DNA of 64,000 bases, taken from NCBI GenBank assembly GCA_036336835.1, contig JAYZFK010000094.1, positions 32,001 through 96,000 on the forward strand, written 5' to 3'. Below are positions 1 through 9,485 of the stretch, one piece after another. This DNA is from Myxococcota bacterium. GTDB taxonomy: Bacteria; Myxococcota_A; UBA9160; UBA4427. Positions within the stretch are counted from its first letter, which is position 1. Every line of letters begins with the position of its first letter. The notes beneath the pieces are model-generated. The model made no database searches and was not told where the DNA came from. It saw only the letters and a list, made by a program, of their open reading frames with translations. A program made the translations under genes and the position numbers.

Positions 1-8
1 TGGCCGGA

Positions 9-575
9 GTGGCCGGAGGTGTGAGCGCAAGGCATGTGCGGGGCCTGCCGCCGCTGGCGGGGCGCCGCTCGCACACCCTGGTCCTGGGCTCGATGCCGGG
101 CATTGCCTCGCTCGAGGCACAGCAGTATTACGGTCATCCGCGCAACGCCTTCTGGGACGTGGCCGAGGTGCTCGGCATCGCCCGCTCGTTGCCCTACCGA
201 AGCCGTTGCGCTCGCCTTCGGCATCTTGGCTTCGCGCTCTGGGACGTGCTTGCCGAGTGCGATCGGGCGGGCTCACTCGACCAGGCGATCCGTTCGCCAC
301 GAGCCAACGATCTGGTCGCCTTCGCCCAACGAGTCCGGCCGGCGCGCATCTTGTTCAACGGCCAGGCCGCGCGCCGCCACTTCGAGCGCCTGCTCTCACC
401 GCGCTTCGAGATCGCGCACCCGACGATCGTGCTTCGCACCCTGCCCTCGACGAGCCCCGCCAACACGACACGCAGCAAGACCGCCATCTGGCGGCGCGCG
501 CTTCGCGGCGCCGCCCGCAGCGCACTCGGGGAGGCGCCGCGCGGAGTGCTCGCCCGACGTTTCGGCAGCGGCTGA
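9..575 (+). CDS. Uracil-DNA glycosylase superfamily protein, family-6 / DNA-deoxyinosine (hypoxanthine) glycosylase-like
   Basis: Motif A LGSMPGIASL..QYYGHPRNAFW, WDV..C.R.GSLD, FNG and motif B LPSTSPAN; start uncertain at the window edge. Confidence 0.85.
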   Translation: MAGGVSARHVRGLPPLAGRRSHTLVLGSMPGIASLEAQQYYGHPRNAFWDVAEVLGIARSLPYRSRCARLRHLGFALWDVLAECDRAGSLDQAIRSPRANDLVAFAQRVRPARILFNGQAARRHFERLLSPRFEIAHPTIVLRTLPSTSPANTTRSKTAIWRRALRGAARSALGEAPRGVLARRFGSG

Positions 576-634
576 CGCGCTATCGTCGTGCCACCCGGCG
601 CCCATGCGCCTCGCCGGGGCTACACGGAGCTCTC

Positions 635-2065
635 GTGAGCAATCAAGCCACCGACCCCGACGGCGGTGTCGGCCCCGTGCACGCCGAGTTCGATCTGGAG
701 AGTGGACCCGTCGCTGCCCTGGCGAGTTCATCGGCCCGGCCCAACTTGAGCATCTTCGATCTCGCGTGGCCGTCGATCACCACCAACGTCCTGCAGTCGA
801 TCGTCGGCATCGTGGACATGGCGATCGTCGGCCGCGTGAGCGTCGACGCGCAGGCGGCGGTGGGCAGCGGCCACCGCATCTTCTTCATCGGACAGGCTGT
901 GATGATGGCAATCACCGCCGGGACGACCGCGCTGGTGGCCCGCTCCTGGGGTGCCAACGAACGCGCCGAAGCAGAGCGCGCGACGCACGCCTCCCTTGTC
1001 TTCTGCTGCGGGCTGAGCCTGGTGCTGTGCGCGCTGGGAGTCGGTCTCGCCGCGCCCCTCGCAGCCAGCTTCGGACTGCCGGAGACCACGACCGCGCAGA
1101 CGACCGAGTTCATCCGCTGGCTCTCTGCCTTCCACATCGGGTTCACGATCCAGTTCGTCATCGGCGTGGCGCTACGCGCGGCCGGAGATGTGAAAACGCC
1201 GCTGGCGATCGGGGCACTGACCAACGTCGCAAACGTCTTGCTGGTCTACGGACTCGTGTTCGGCGAGCTGCCCGGCATCCCGCTGCCGATCGAGCCGATG
1301 GGTGTGCGTGGCGCGGCCATCGCGAGCGGGCTCGCGTTTACCCTGGGCTCGGTGGTCATGCTCGGGCTCTATCTGGCTGGACGGCTGCGACTGCGGCCGC
1401 GCGCCGCGGGCTCGCTGACCCTCGATCGCCTTCGCCGGCTGTGGCACATCGGCTACCCATCGGGTCTCGAGCAGGCCGTGTTCCAGGGCGGCTTCTACGT
1501 CTTCATCGTGATCGTGTCGCAGTACGGCACGGCGCCGAACGCCGCCTACAACATCGGCGTCCAGCTGTTGTCACTGTCGTTCGTGATCGGCTTCGGCTAT
1601 TCGATCGCCGCCTCGACGCTGGTCGGCCAGTACCTCGGAGCAGGCGAGCCCGAGCAGGCCACCGACGCCGGCTGGCGCTGCATGAGGCTGTCCATCTACT
1701 CGATGATCGTGCTCGGCGTTGCGATCGTCGCCAGTGCGCCCTGGGTCGCGCCGTTCTTCAACGAGGATCCCGAGGTAGTGAGGCTGACGGTGGTGTTCAT
1801 CAACGTGCTCGGCCTGGTCCAGCCCCTGATGGCAATCGAATTCTCGCTGTCCGGCGCGTTGCGCGGAGCCGGCGACACGCGCTGGCCACTGATCTCGGTG
1901 ATGAGTGGCTTCATCGGTGTGCGGCTCACACTCGCGGTGCTGTTCTGGCAGCTCGGGCTCTCCGTGGAGTGGGTCTACGCGGCGCTGATCGGCGACTACA
2001 TCGTGAAGTCGGCCGTGCTCGCGACTCGCTTCGGGCGTGGGCGCTGGCAGCTGCTGCGCGTCTAG
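635..2065 (+). CDS. MATE family efflux transporter
   Basis: About 12 hydrophobic segments, repeated RAAGD/RGAGD motifs and MGVRGAAIA; GTG start after GGAG chosen within ORF 206..2065. Confidence 0.9.
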   Translation: MSNQATDPDGGVGPVHAEFDLESGPVAALASSSARPNLSIFDLAWPSITTNVLQSIVGIVDMAIVGRVSVDAQAAVGSGHRIFFIGQAVMMAITAGTTALVARSWGANERAEAERATHASLVFCCGLSLVLCALGVGLAAPLAASFGLPETTTAQTTEFIRWLSAFHIGFTIQFVIGVALRAAGDVKTPLAIGALTNVANVLLVYGLVFGELPGIPLPIEPMGVRGAAIASGLAFTLGSVVMLGLYLAGRLRLRPRAAGSLTLDRLRRLWHIGYPSGLEQAVFQGGFYVFIVIVSQYGTAPNAAYNIGVQLLSLSFVIGFGYSIAASTLVGQYLGAGEPEQATDAGWRCMRLSIYSMIVLGVAIVASAPWVAPFFNEDPEVVRLTVVFINVLGLVQPLMAIEFSLSGALRGAGDTRWPLISVMSGFIGVRLTLAVLFWQLGLSVEWVYAALIGDYIVKSAVLATRFGRGRWQLLRV

Positions 2066-2132
2066 CAGCCCACCGCGGGACTCCCACGGCAAGCGCGGCC
2101 AGCGAGCTGCATGGAGCCTGGAGTCCGGCTCG

Positions 2133-2182
2133 CGGAACGACGGGGCCCGCCCGGCGGTTGCCGGACGGGCCCGAGGGTTCCG
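2133..2182. terminator. Long GC-rich hairpin downstream of MATE (terminator-like, or 3' end of a minus-strand RNA)
   Basis: Nested arms CGGAAC/GTTCCG, GGGCCCG/CGGGCCC and CCGGC/GCCGG around a GGTT loop; no U-tract. Confidence 0.45.
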
Positions 2183-2336
2183 TCCATCGCCTCTGGGAAG
2201 GGTTGGGTCAAGGAAGAGTGCGGACTTCTGGAAGACAGTCAGTCGTGGTGGCCTCGCCTTCCTCTCCATCCTGACCCGCCGCGAAAAACGGTATACCTCC
2301 AGCTCAATAGGTATCACCCGCCACAAGCCTATCCAT

Positions 2337-2350
2337 CCCTCATTTGAGTG
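2337..2350. promoter_or_regulatory. Palindromic candidate regulator-binding site CCCTCATTTGAGTG
   Basis: CTCA-TT-TGAG dyad in AT-richer intergenic DNA upstream of the LuxR-type gene. Confidence 0.35.
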
Positions 2351-2471
2351 AATTCAAAGGGGTTTTCACGACCCGCGGCTCGAGGGGGGAACAGCCCCAT
2401 CACTTGACTAACGCCATTCGACGAAAGTGCCTAAACTACCGTCCGGGAGTCGTTTTCGCCGGATTATCACG

Positions 2472-3689
2472 ATGAACCCCGAACAACGCGCCATCGAACT
2501 CGTCGATCTCACCTACCGGGCAGCCACCGACCCCGAGGCCTGGAGACCCGTCGCAAAAGCACTGTCGGAGTTGTTCGGCGGTGCAGCACTCATCCTAGAC
2601 ATTCAAGCGCCCGGGCTCGGCCAGCCCGACGGAGAGTTCCACGTCGGACTCGATCGGGACCTCATGCGCGAAGCCCGGTCCTCGTGGAAGGAAGGCCTGG
2701 CCTGGATGACGGCCGCGGGCAACGACCTCGGCAAGCGCTTCATTCGGGTCTCGGACTACTACACCCAGCAGGATCTGGCAGAGAGCAAATTCGTGCGCGA
2801 GTTCCTGATCCCGCAAGGACTCGCACCCGAGTGGCCGATCGTACACATCATCTCTCCGGAAGAAGCCGTGCTGTCGTCCGGCATCTCCGTGTGTCGACGC
2901 AAAGGGGGCTCGCCGGTCACCGAGGAACAGCTGGGTGTCGCCGATCGCCTCGTCCCGCACCTCAAACGCGCGATCGCGATCTCCAGCCGACTCGCCAACG
3001 TCGCGAATCAACAGGTCGCACTACACGAGGTGATCGATCGCATTCCGACGGGCGTGATCATCCTCGATACGAGCTGCCGGCCGCTGTTCGTCAATCGGAT
3101 GGCCACTCGTATTCTGAAGCTCGAAGATGGGCTGACGATCGACGAGAGAGGCCCGCGCGGAAAGGACCAGACCTCCACCGCGCAGCTGCGAAGTCTGATC
3201 GACTCGGCCGTCAATCCGCTGCCGGGACACGAGCTCGCCGGAGGAGGCTTCATGGGTCTGCCGCGCTCCTCCGGCCTGCGCGCGTTCCCGCTGCTGATCA
3301 CTCCCATCCTCGGTCATACGAATCGCGGCACCATCGCTGACGGCGCAGCGGTGATGTTCGTGAGCGATCCCGATTGTCGCGATGTCTCGTTCGCGACGGT
3401 CCTGAGCGAGGTCTATGGCCTCACGCCCGCAGAGTCGGAACTCGCGCAGCTGCTCGCACAGGGACGATCGCTCGAGGAAGCAGCCACCGCTCGCCACGTC
3501 ACACTCAATACCGCGCGGAGTCAGCTCAAGCAGGTGTTCGCCAAGACGGACACCAACCGGCAGGGCGAGCTGCTGCAGCTCGTCCTGAGTGGCGTCACGG
3601 TGATCGACCGGCCGCCGGATGCCGACGCCGAGGAGACTGCCAGCGATAAGACAGCGCCGGCCGCCGTGCTGCCCACCGGATCGAACTAG
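2472..3689 (+). CDS. LuxR-family HTH transcriptional regulator with N-terminal GAF-like and PAS-like domains
   Basis: C-terminal GLTPAESELAQLLAQGRSLEEAA...TARSQLKQVFAKTDTNRQGEL; central PAS-like IDRIPTGVIILD...FVN. Confidence 0.9.
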   Translation: MNPEQRAIELVDLTYRAATDPEAWRPVAKALSELFGGAALILDIQAPGLGQPDGEFHVGLDRDLMREARSSWKEGLAWMTAAGNDLGKRFIRVSDYYTQQDLAESKFVREFLIPQGLAPEWPIVHIISPEEAVLSSGISVCRRKGGSPVTEEQLGVADRLVPHLKRAIAISSRLANVANQQVALHEVIDRIPTGVIILDTSCRPLFVNRMATRILKLEDGLTIDERGPRGKDQTSTAQLRSLIDSAVNPLPGHELAGGGFMGLPRSSGLRAFPLLITPILGHTNRGTIADGAAVMFVSDPDCRDVSFATVLSEVYGLTPAESELAQLLAQGRSLEEAATARHVTLNTARSQLKQVFAKTDTNRQGELLQLVLSGVTVIDRPPDADAEETASDKTAPAAVLPTGSN

Positions 3690-3771
3690 ACCCGCGGACC
3701 CAGCGCGCACCCAGCACGCACCGCCAGGTCGAGCGCAACCGGCGACGGGCCCCGCGTCCGCTCGAGCGTGC

Positions 3772-3804
3772 TCGCGGTGCCATCCCAGCAACATGGCACC
3801 GCGA
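3772..3804. terminator. Perfect 12-bp inverted repeat between convergent genes (possible bidirectional terminator)
   Basis: TCGCGGTGCCAT-N9-ATGGCACCGCGA. Confidence 0.5.
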
Positions 3805-3811
3805 ATGTGGA

Positions 3812-5680
3812 CTACCGCTCCGCCTCCGAGGCGCCGACGAGCTCGTCCAGCAGCGATCTCGCAGCGCGATCATTGGGATCCTCATCGAGCAGGCGGCGCA
3901 GCATTGCCTCCGCTGCCTCGTTCTCTCCGCGCGCGCTCAGCAGGCGTGCGAGCGCCCGGCGGCCAACGCGCGAGTCGGGGCGCAGCACCAGGGCGGCACG
4001 GTACGCTGCAATGGCCTCGTCGTTTCGACCGAGCTGGCGCAACAGGCGCGCGAGGTTCAGGGGCGCCTGCTCCGCGTTGGGATCGTGGCGAATCGCCGCG
4101 CGAAACGCGCGTTCGGCGCCGGCCCAGTCGCCGAGGCTGCGCAACGCCAGACCCAGGTTGTTGTGCGCGAGGACGAGATCGGGCTTCAGAGCGAGCGCGA
4201 GCTCGAGATGCTCGATCGCCTGCGGCAACTCGCCCTCGAGACGCAGGACTGCCCCCATCCCGTTGTGGGCCCGAGCCGACTGCGGACTCACATCGAGCAC
4301 ATGGCGGTACTGCTGGAGGGCATCGTGGTTGCGCTCCACCGACCGATAAACCGACGCGAGCCCGAAGCGTGCCAGGTGGTTTCCCGGATCGACCGCGATC
4401 GCGTGTTCGAACAACGGCAGCGAGCCATGCCAGTGCACCAGCTGGTATGAGGTCGCCACCGCAAGTGCCGAGATCAGCCCGGTCGCGAATACGGCGCCGA
4501 GCCACCGCACGCCCGGTGCCCTGCCGCGCAACCACTCGGCCACAGGCCAGACGAGGGCGAGAAACAAGCCGACCGAGGGCAGATAGCTGTAGCGATCGGC
4601 CATCCCCTGCGGCCCGATCTGGACGAGCCCGATCACCGGGACGAGCATCCCCAGGAACCAGGCCACGCCAACGCCGACCGCGCCACCCTCGCGCACGGCT
4701 ACCGCCAGCGCGGCGCACACCGCCAGACCAGCGGTGACGATCGACGCGGCCGTGAGTCCGCGCCCTCCGTCGCCGGGCAGGAATGGATGCGGCACTTGCA
4801 CCGACAGCTCGTGCGGCCACAGATGCAGCTCGAGATAGCGGCCGTACGAGTAGACCACGTTCGCCATTCGCTCGGGCAGCGACAGACCTCGCCCGACGGC
4901 CATCGCCCCGTCGTGCTGCTGGACCCAGTAGGTCACCACGCTGATCACGAGCACGACCCCGATCAGCGGAAGCTTCTCGATCGCGAGCTGCCCGGGCGTC
5001 GCGGGTCGGTAGCGCCCCGGCCGCTCCGCGCCCCCCTTGCTCGCGAGCCAGGCGGCCAACCGCGAATCCGAGCCGGGTGCGATCCGCCCGAGCGGCCAGC
5101 CATCGAGCAACAACAGGACGAACGGGAGGGTGACCAGCATCGCCTTCGACATCAGACCGAGCAGCAGCACGATCGTGACGACGAGGTATCGACCGGCACC
5201 GCCGAGCCGAGCGAATCGGAGATAGGCAGCGATCGTCGCAAATGCGAACACACCGCTGAGCACGTCCTTGCGCTCGGTCACCCAGGCCACTGACTCGACG
5301 TGCAGCGGGTGCAACGCGAACGCGGCGGCAACCAGCGCCGATGGAAGCGAACGCCCGGTCATCGAGATCAACACCGCGAAGAGCAGCAGAGTAGCGACAA
5401 TGTGAAGCACGAGGTTCGTAACGTGGTGAGCGCCCGGATCGAGGCCGAACCACTCGACGTCGAGCATGTGCGACATGAAGGTCAGGGGCAGCCAGTTGGC
5501 ACCCAACGATCGGGTGAAGGCCCACTCGACGCTCTCGACGTCGAGCCCCCGCAGCACCCACTCGTTCCCGGTGATGTAGAGCGGATCGTCGAGCGAGACG
5601 AAGGCGAAGCCAGCGACCGGGGCATAGACGAACGCGGTGACACCCGCCAGGACAACCGCAAGCAGTACTCGAACCACCAT
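3812..5680 (-). CDS. Multi-pass membrane protein with C-terminal TPR repeats; TMTC/PMT-like (GT-C) glycosyltransferase candidate
   Basis: DD motif after TM1 (SLDDPLYITGN), HPLHVESVAWVTERKDVL, ADRYSYLP, then about 5 TPR units (AHNGMG, AHNNLG, APLNLA). Confidence 0.8.
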   Translation of the reverse strand: MVVRVLLAVVLAGVTAFVYAPVAGFAFVSLDDPLYITGNEWVLRGLDVESVEWAFTRSLGANWLPLTFMSHMLDVEWFGLDPGAHHVTNLVLHIVATLLLFAVLISMTGRSLPSALVAAAFALHPLHVESVAWVTERKDVLSGVFAFATIAAYLRFARLGGAGRYLVVTIVLLLGLMSKAMLVTLPFVLLLLDGWPLGRIAPGSDSRLAAWLASKGGAERPGRYRPATPGQLAIEKLPLIGVVLVISVVTYWVQQHDGAMAVGRGLSLPERMANVVYSYGRYLELHLWPHELSVQVPHPFLPGDGGRGLTAASIVTAGLAVCAALAVAVREGGAVGVGVAWFLGMLVPVIGLVQIGPQGMADRYSYLPSVGLFLALVWPVAEWLRGRAPGVRWLGAVFATGLISALAVATSYQLVHWHGSLPLFEHAIAVDPGNHLARFGLASVYRSVERNHDALQQYRHVLDVSPQSARAHNGMGAVLRLEGELPQAIEHLELALALKPDLVLAHNNLGLALRSLGDWAGAERAFRAAIRHDPNAEQAPLNLARLLRQLGRNDEAIAAYRAALVLRPDSRVGRRALARLLSARGENEAAEAMLRRLLDEDPNDRAARSLLDELVGASEAER

Positions 5681-5771
5681 CGACGCGCCCTCACCTCCGC
5701 CACGCCGAGGGTACAGCGACCTCACAGCATCGCCCGCGGCTGGCGAAGCCGCTGTGGCATGATGCTTCGCT

Positions 5772-6722
5772 GTGAAAGGCCGCTCCCACGCCGTCACATC
5801 CCTTCTGGCAGCGCTCGCCTTGCTGCTGGCGGCGCCTGCGGCAGGCGTACTGATCGCATCGGGCGACGGGACTGGCAATACCCGCTCGCCCCGCCCGGAC
5901 CTTCCGTGGCAGCACGTCGGGCGCCGTGGCGAGTTCAGCGCCATCTACCTCGGCCATCGCTGGGCGCTGACGGCTGCGCACGTCGGCGCATGGGGCGTCG
6001 AGTTCGCCGGACGCGACTACGCGCCGATCGATCGCTCGGTCACGACGGTCGTCAATCGCGATGGCTCGCCAAGCGACCTGATCGCCTTCCGGATCGACGC
6101 CCGCACAGCCGGAACGAGCGCAGCCCCCCCGCTGCCGCTGCTGCCGATCGCGCGCACGCGCCCGGCGCCCGGGCGCGCGCTCATCCTGGTCGGCAACGGC
6201 TATGACCGCGGCGAAGCAATCGGCTGGATCGGGGCCACCGGCGATACGCACCGGGGCTGGCGCCCCGCCTCCTCCCGCCGCCTGCGCTGGGGGACCAACC
6301 GCCTCGATGCCGCGCCCGACGAGATCACCTTTCGCGGCATCACGACCCGAGTGCTTGCAATGACGTTCACACCGCCGCGTGCGCCGGACGCGACGCCCTA
6401 CGAAGCCCAGGCCGTCAAGGGCGACTCCGGCGGTGCCGTGTTCGTGCGTGAGCAAGGCCGCTTCGTCCTGGCGGGAATCATCATCGTACGCTCGGAGCAC
6501 GCGGGACAGCCGGAGGGCGCCGCCCTGTTCGGCAATCGGACCTACGCGGTCGACCTGAGCGCCTACCGCGACCAGCTGGTCGCCCTCACGCGGCCCGACT
6601 GCGCCGACGAACGGGACAACGACGACGACGGGGCCGTCGACTTCCCTGACGATCCGAGCTGCATCCGTCCCGGCAGCAACTCGGAACAGGGACGAGCTCG
6701 CGGCCCCGGGCCGTTGCCCTAG
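5772..6722 (+). CDS. Secreted trypsin-like (S1) serine protease with C-terminal Asp-rich Cys-flanked motif
   Basis: Signal peptide; triad motifs LTAAH, SDLIAF and GDSGG; C-terminal CADERDNDDDGAVDFPDDPSC. Confidence 0.85.
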   Translation: MKGRSHAVTSLLAALALLLAAPAAGVLIASGDGTGNTRSPRPDLPWQHVGRRGEFSAIYLGHRWALTAAHVGAWGVEFAGRDYAPIDRSVTTVVNRDGSPSDLIAFRIDARTAGTSAAPPLPLLPIARTRPAPGRALILVGNGYDRGEAIGWIGATGDTHRGWRPASSRRLRWGTNRLDAAPDEITFRGITTRVLAMTFTPPRAPDATPYEAQAVKGDSGGAVFVREQGRFVLAGIIIVRSEHAGQPEGAALFGNRTYAVDLSAYRDQLVALTRPDCADERDNDDDGAVDFPDDPSCIRPGSNSEQGRARGPGPLP

Positions 6723-6775
6723 CGCTGCCCGGGAAGACGCCGCTGGGCGATCGGAACGGGTCGTTCCGCAGGCCG

Positions 6776-7774
6776 CTAGGCCTCGCCGCGGGGCGAGTAG
6801 CCGGCAGCGCGGTAGATCGCGTCGACCACGCGCATGTTGGCAACACCGTCCGGGCCATCCGTTGGCACCGGCTGAGCCTCGCGCACGGCCGCCAGGAATG
6901 CCCGTAGCTGGTGTGTGTAGCTGGGCTCACCGGCGACCTTCTCGACCCGACGTCCGGCGCGCGTGCTCAGCCGCAGGCGGTGGAACAGGTGAGGCATCAC
7001 GGGATTGAGCACGCGCAGCTCCCCGTCCTCGCCCTCGATCCGTACCGCGAGCTCGAGCAGGCGAGCCGACCACATCGAGCAGCGCACGTGTCCGGTGACG
7101 CCGTCGGGGAAGCGCAGCTCGGCCTGCATGAAGCGATCGACACCGGGCGACATCGCCTTCATGGACGCCGACAGCACCTCGGGCTCTTGACCCGAGAGGT
7201 GGCGTACCAGGCTCACCACATAGCAGCCGCAATCCATCGTGGCGCCACCGGCCAGCGCGAGTTGAAAACGGATGTCTCGCGGCCACGGCAGCGGGAAGCA
7301 CATCCCCGCCTGGATTCGCGTCACGCGACCGATTTCCCCGCTGTGCACGATTTCGAGGATGCGCTCGGCCAGCGGGTGGTAACGCCAGTGAAAGGCCTCG
7401 ACCAGCACACGATCGTTCGCGGCTGCCGCGTCGGCCATCCGACGCGCCTCACGCTCATTGGCAGCGAGCGGCTTCTCGCACAGCACGTGCTTGCCGGCGT
7501 CGAGAGCACGCACCGTCCACTCGCAGTGCAGGCCGTTTGGCAGCGGGTTGTAGAGGGCATCGATCTCCGGATCCTCGACCAACGCCCGGTAGCTGCGATG
7601 CACGCGCTCGATGCCGTGCTTGTCGGCAAATCGCTGCGCACGCGCGACGTCGCGTGCGGCCACGGCCGCGATGCGCACTCCCTCCACCTTCCGTGCGGGT
7701 CGGATCAGCGCTGTTGGCGTGATCCGGGCCGCCCCGAGAGTGCCGACTCGCAGCGTGTCCGTGCCCGTGCTCAT
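6776..7774 (-). CDS. Gfo/Idh/MocA family oxidoreductase
   Basis: GTLGAARI Rossmann start, YNPLPNGLH, GKHVLCEKP, EAFHWRYHP and GGATMDCGCY; ATG overlaps the upstream stop (TGATG). Confidence 0.92.
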   Translation of the reverse strand: MSTGTDTLRVGTLGAARITPTALIRPARKVEGVRIAAVAARDVARAQRFADKHGIERVHRSYRALVEDPEIDALYNPLPNGLHCEWTVRALDAGKHVLCEKPLAANEREARRMADAAAANDRVLVEAFHWRYHPLAERILEIVHSGEIGRVTRIQAGMCFPLPWPRDIRFQLALAGGATMDCGCYVVSLVRHLSGQEPEVLSASMKAMSPGVDRFMQAELRFPDGVTGHVRCSMWSARLLELAVRIEGEDGELRVLNPVMPHLFHRLRLSTRAGRRVEKVAGEPSYTHQLRAFLAAVREAQPVPTDGPDGVANMRVVDAIYRAAGYSPRGEA

Positions 7775-9408
7775 CACTCGCCCGCGAGCTGCTCGACAAC
7801 GAACGCCGCAGCGCGCCGGTAGTCGGCCTTGCCGTTTGCACCGCGAAACATCGCGTCTGCGACCGCGAACACACGCTTGGGCGTCTTGTACCCCGCCAGG
7901 TGAACACGAACGTGCGCGCGGAGTTCGTCCTCGTCGAACTCTCCCCGGCGAAGCTCGACGACCGCGGTGACGGCCTGGCCCCACTTCGGATCCGGAATGC
8001 CGACGACGAGCGCGTCGGCCACGTTCGGATGGAGCTTGAGCGCCTCCTCGACCTCCTCGGAGTGCACCTTCTCTCCGGCCGTGTTGATGGTGGCACTGCC
8101 GCGGCCGAGCAGCGTGAGGGTGCCGTCCGCCTCGACCTTGCACCAGTCGCCCGGGATCGAATAGCGCACGCCGTCGATCACGGGAAAGGTCTTTGCGGTC
8201 TTCTCGGGGTCCTTGTAGTAGCCGAGCGGAATCGAGCCGCAGCGTGCGATGAAGCCGCGCTCCCCGCTGCCCGGCATCACCTCCCGGTGATCCTCCGAGA
8301 AGACCTTGCAGTGCGCGCCGACGCGAAACGTCCCCGTCGCCCCCTCGACCCGATGCTTGTGACGCGTCACCGAGGTTCCGAAGCCAACCGCCTCGGACGA
8401 GCCGAACAGATCGGCGAGCGCGGCGCCAGGCAGATGCCGCAACAGCCCTTCCTTGACCTCGCCACTCCACATCACTCCCGACGACAGGACCACCTTGAGA
8501 CTCGACAGGTCCCAGCGATCGGGCTCTGCATCCAGCACCTCGAGCATCGGCCGAGCGAAGGCGTCGCCGACGATCACCAGGGACTGCGCGCGATGTCGCT
8601 CGGCTTCGTCGAACAATGCTGCTGGATCGAAACGCGTGCCGGACAGCGTCAGGGTGGCGCCGCCGCCGAGAAGGTTTCCGATCGCGGTGAGCAGACCCGT
8701 CCCGTGCATCAGCGGGCACGCGCACAGCTGGCGCGGTCCCGGACCATGAGCGGTCACATTGGCGATGTGCTCAGCCGGTGTCGACGGTCTCCGGCCGCGG
8801 CTGGCGGGTGTGTTGGCGCCCCCGCCGAGCGCGCCCCAGATATCCTCATGACGCCACATCACCGCCTTGGGCATCCCAGTGGTGCCCCCGGTGTAGATGA
8901 ACATCAGGTCATCGGGCGAGCGTTCGACCGCGAGCTCCGCATCGGGCCGCTCGGCAACCAGTGCGGCATACGACTCCGCAATCTCTGGCACGGCACCGCC
9001 TTCCGCCCCAGAGACCTGGATCCAGCCCTTCACCCTCGGCAGCCGGCTCGCGATCCGCAGCACGCGGTCCTGGAACTCCTCGTCGAACACGACGAAGGCG
9101 GCGTCCGAGTCGTCGAGGATGTAGTGGAGCTCATCGTCGACGTAGCGATAGTTGACATTGACGTGCACGAGTCGCGCCTTGAAGCAGGCACCGAGCGTCT
9201 CGGTGTAGGCGGTGCCATTGCGCAAGTAGAGCGCCACCTTGTCGTCTGGCGCCGCGCCCCGAGCTTGTAGCGCGGCGGCCAGCGAACGCGTTCGACTCGC
9301 CAGATCTCCCCAGCTGATCTGCTCGGTTCCGTGGATCAGTGCGGGCGCATCGGCCGGCAGCCCCGCCTCCACCCCCTCGAACAAGTCCCCCAGGTTCCAG
9401 CCAGCCAA
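7774..9408 (-). CDS. Acyl-CoA synthetase (AMP-binding, FadD19-like)
   Basis: YTGGTTGMPKAVMW, FGSSEA, PGD, GRGSATINTAGEKV and C-terminal NGKADY; TTG start after GGAG. Confidence 0.9.
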   Translation of the reverse strand: MAGWNLGDLFEGVEAGLPADAPALIHGTEQISWGDLASRTRSLAAALQARGAAPDDKVALYLRNGTAYTETLGACFKARLVHVNVNYRYVDDELHYILDDSDAAFVVFDEEFQDRVLRIASRLPRVKGWIQVSGAEGGAVPEIAESYAALVAERPDAELAVERSPDDLMFIYTGGTTGMPKAVMWRHEDIWGALGGGANTPASRGRRPSTPAEHIANVTAHGPGPRQLCACPLMHGTGLLTAIGNLLGGGATLTLSGTRFDPAALFDEAERHRAQSLVIVGDAFARPMLEVLDAEPDRWDLSSLKVVLSSGVMWSGEVKEGLLRHLPGAALADLFGSSEAVGFGTSVTRHKHRVEGATGTFRVGAHCKVFSEDHREVMPGSGERGFIARCGSIPLGYYKDPEKTAKTFPVIDGVRYSIPGDWCKVEADGTLTLLGRGSATINTAGEKVHSEEVEEALKLHPNVADALVVGIPDPKWGQAVTAVVELRRGEFDEDELRAHVRVHLAGYKTPKRVFAVADAMFRGANGKADYRRAAAFVVEQLAGE

Positions 9409-9485
9409 GCTCCGCCTCCGACCTCCCACGACCTCGACCGCCCGAATTCGTCCGCGAGATTCGCCGAGCGAGTAGCATACCCGCC

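Noticed and set aside
1..19. Tandem TGGCCGGAG repeat at the window start
   Set aside because: Only two copies and truncated by the window edge; not interpretable
34..2274. Many long alternative-frame and antisense ORFs (e.g. 34..2274, 13536..15668, 20355..22721, 56384..58132)
   Set aside because: Arg/Ala/Pro-rich shadow ORFs expected at high GC; each overlaps a gene with clear family motifs
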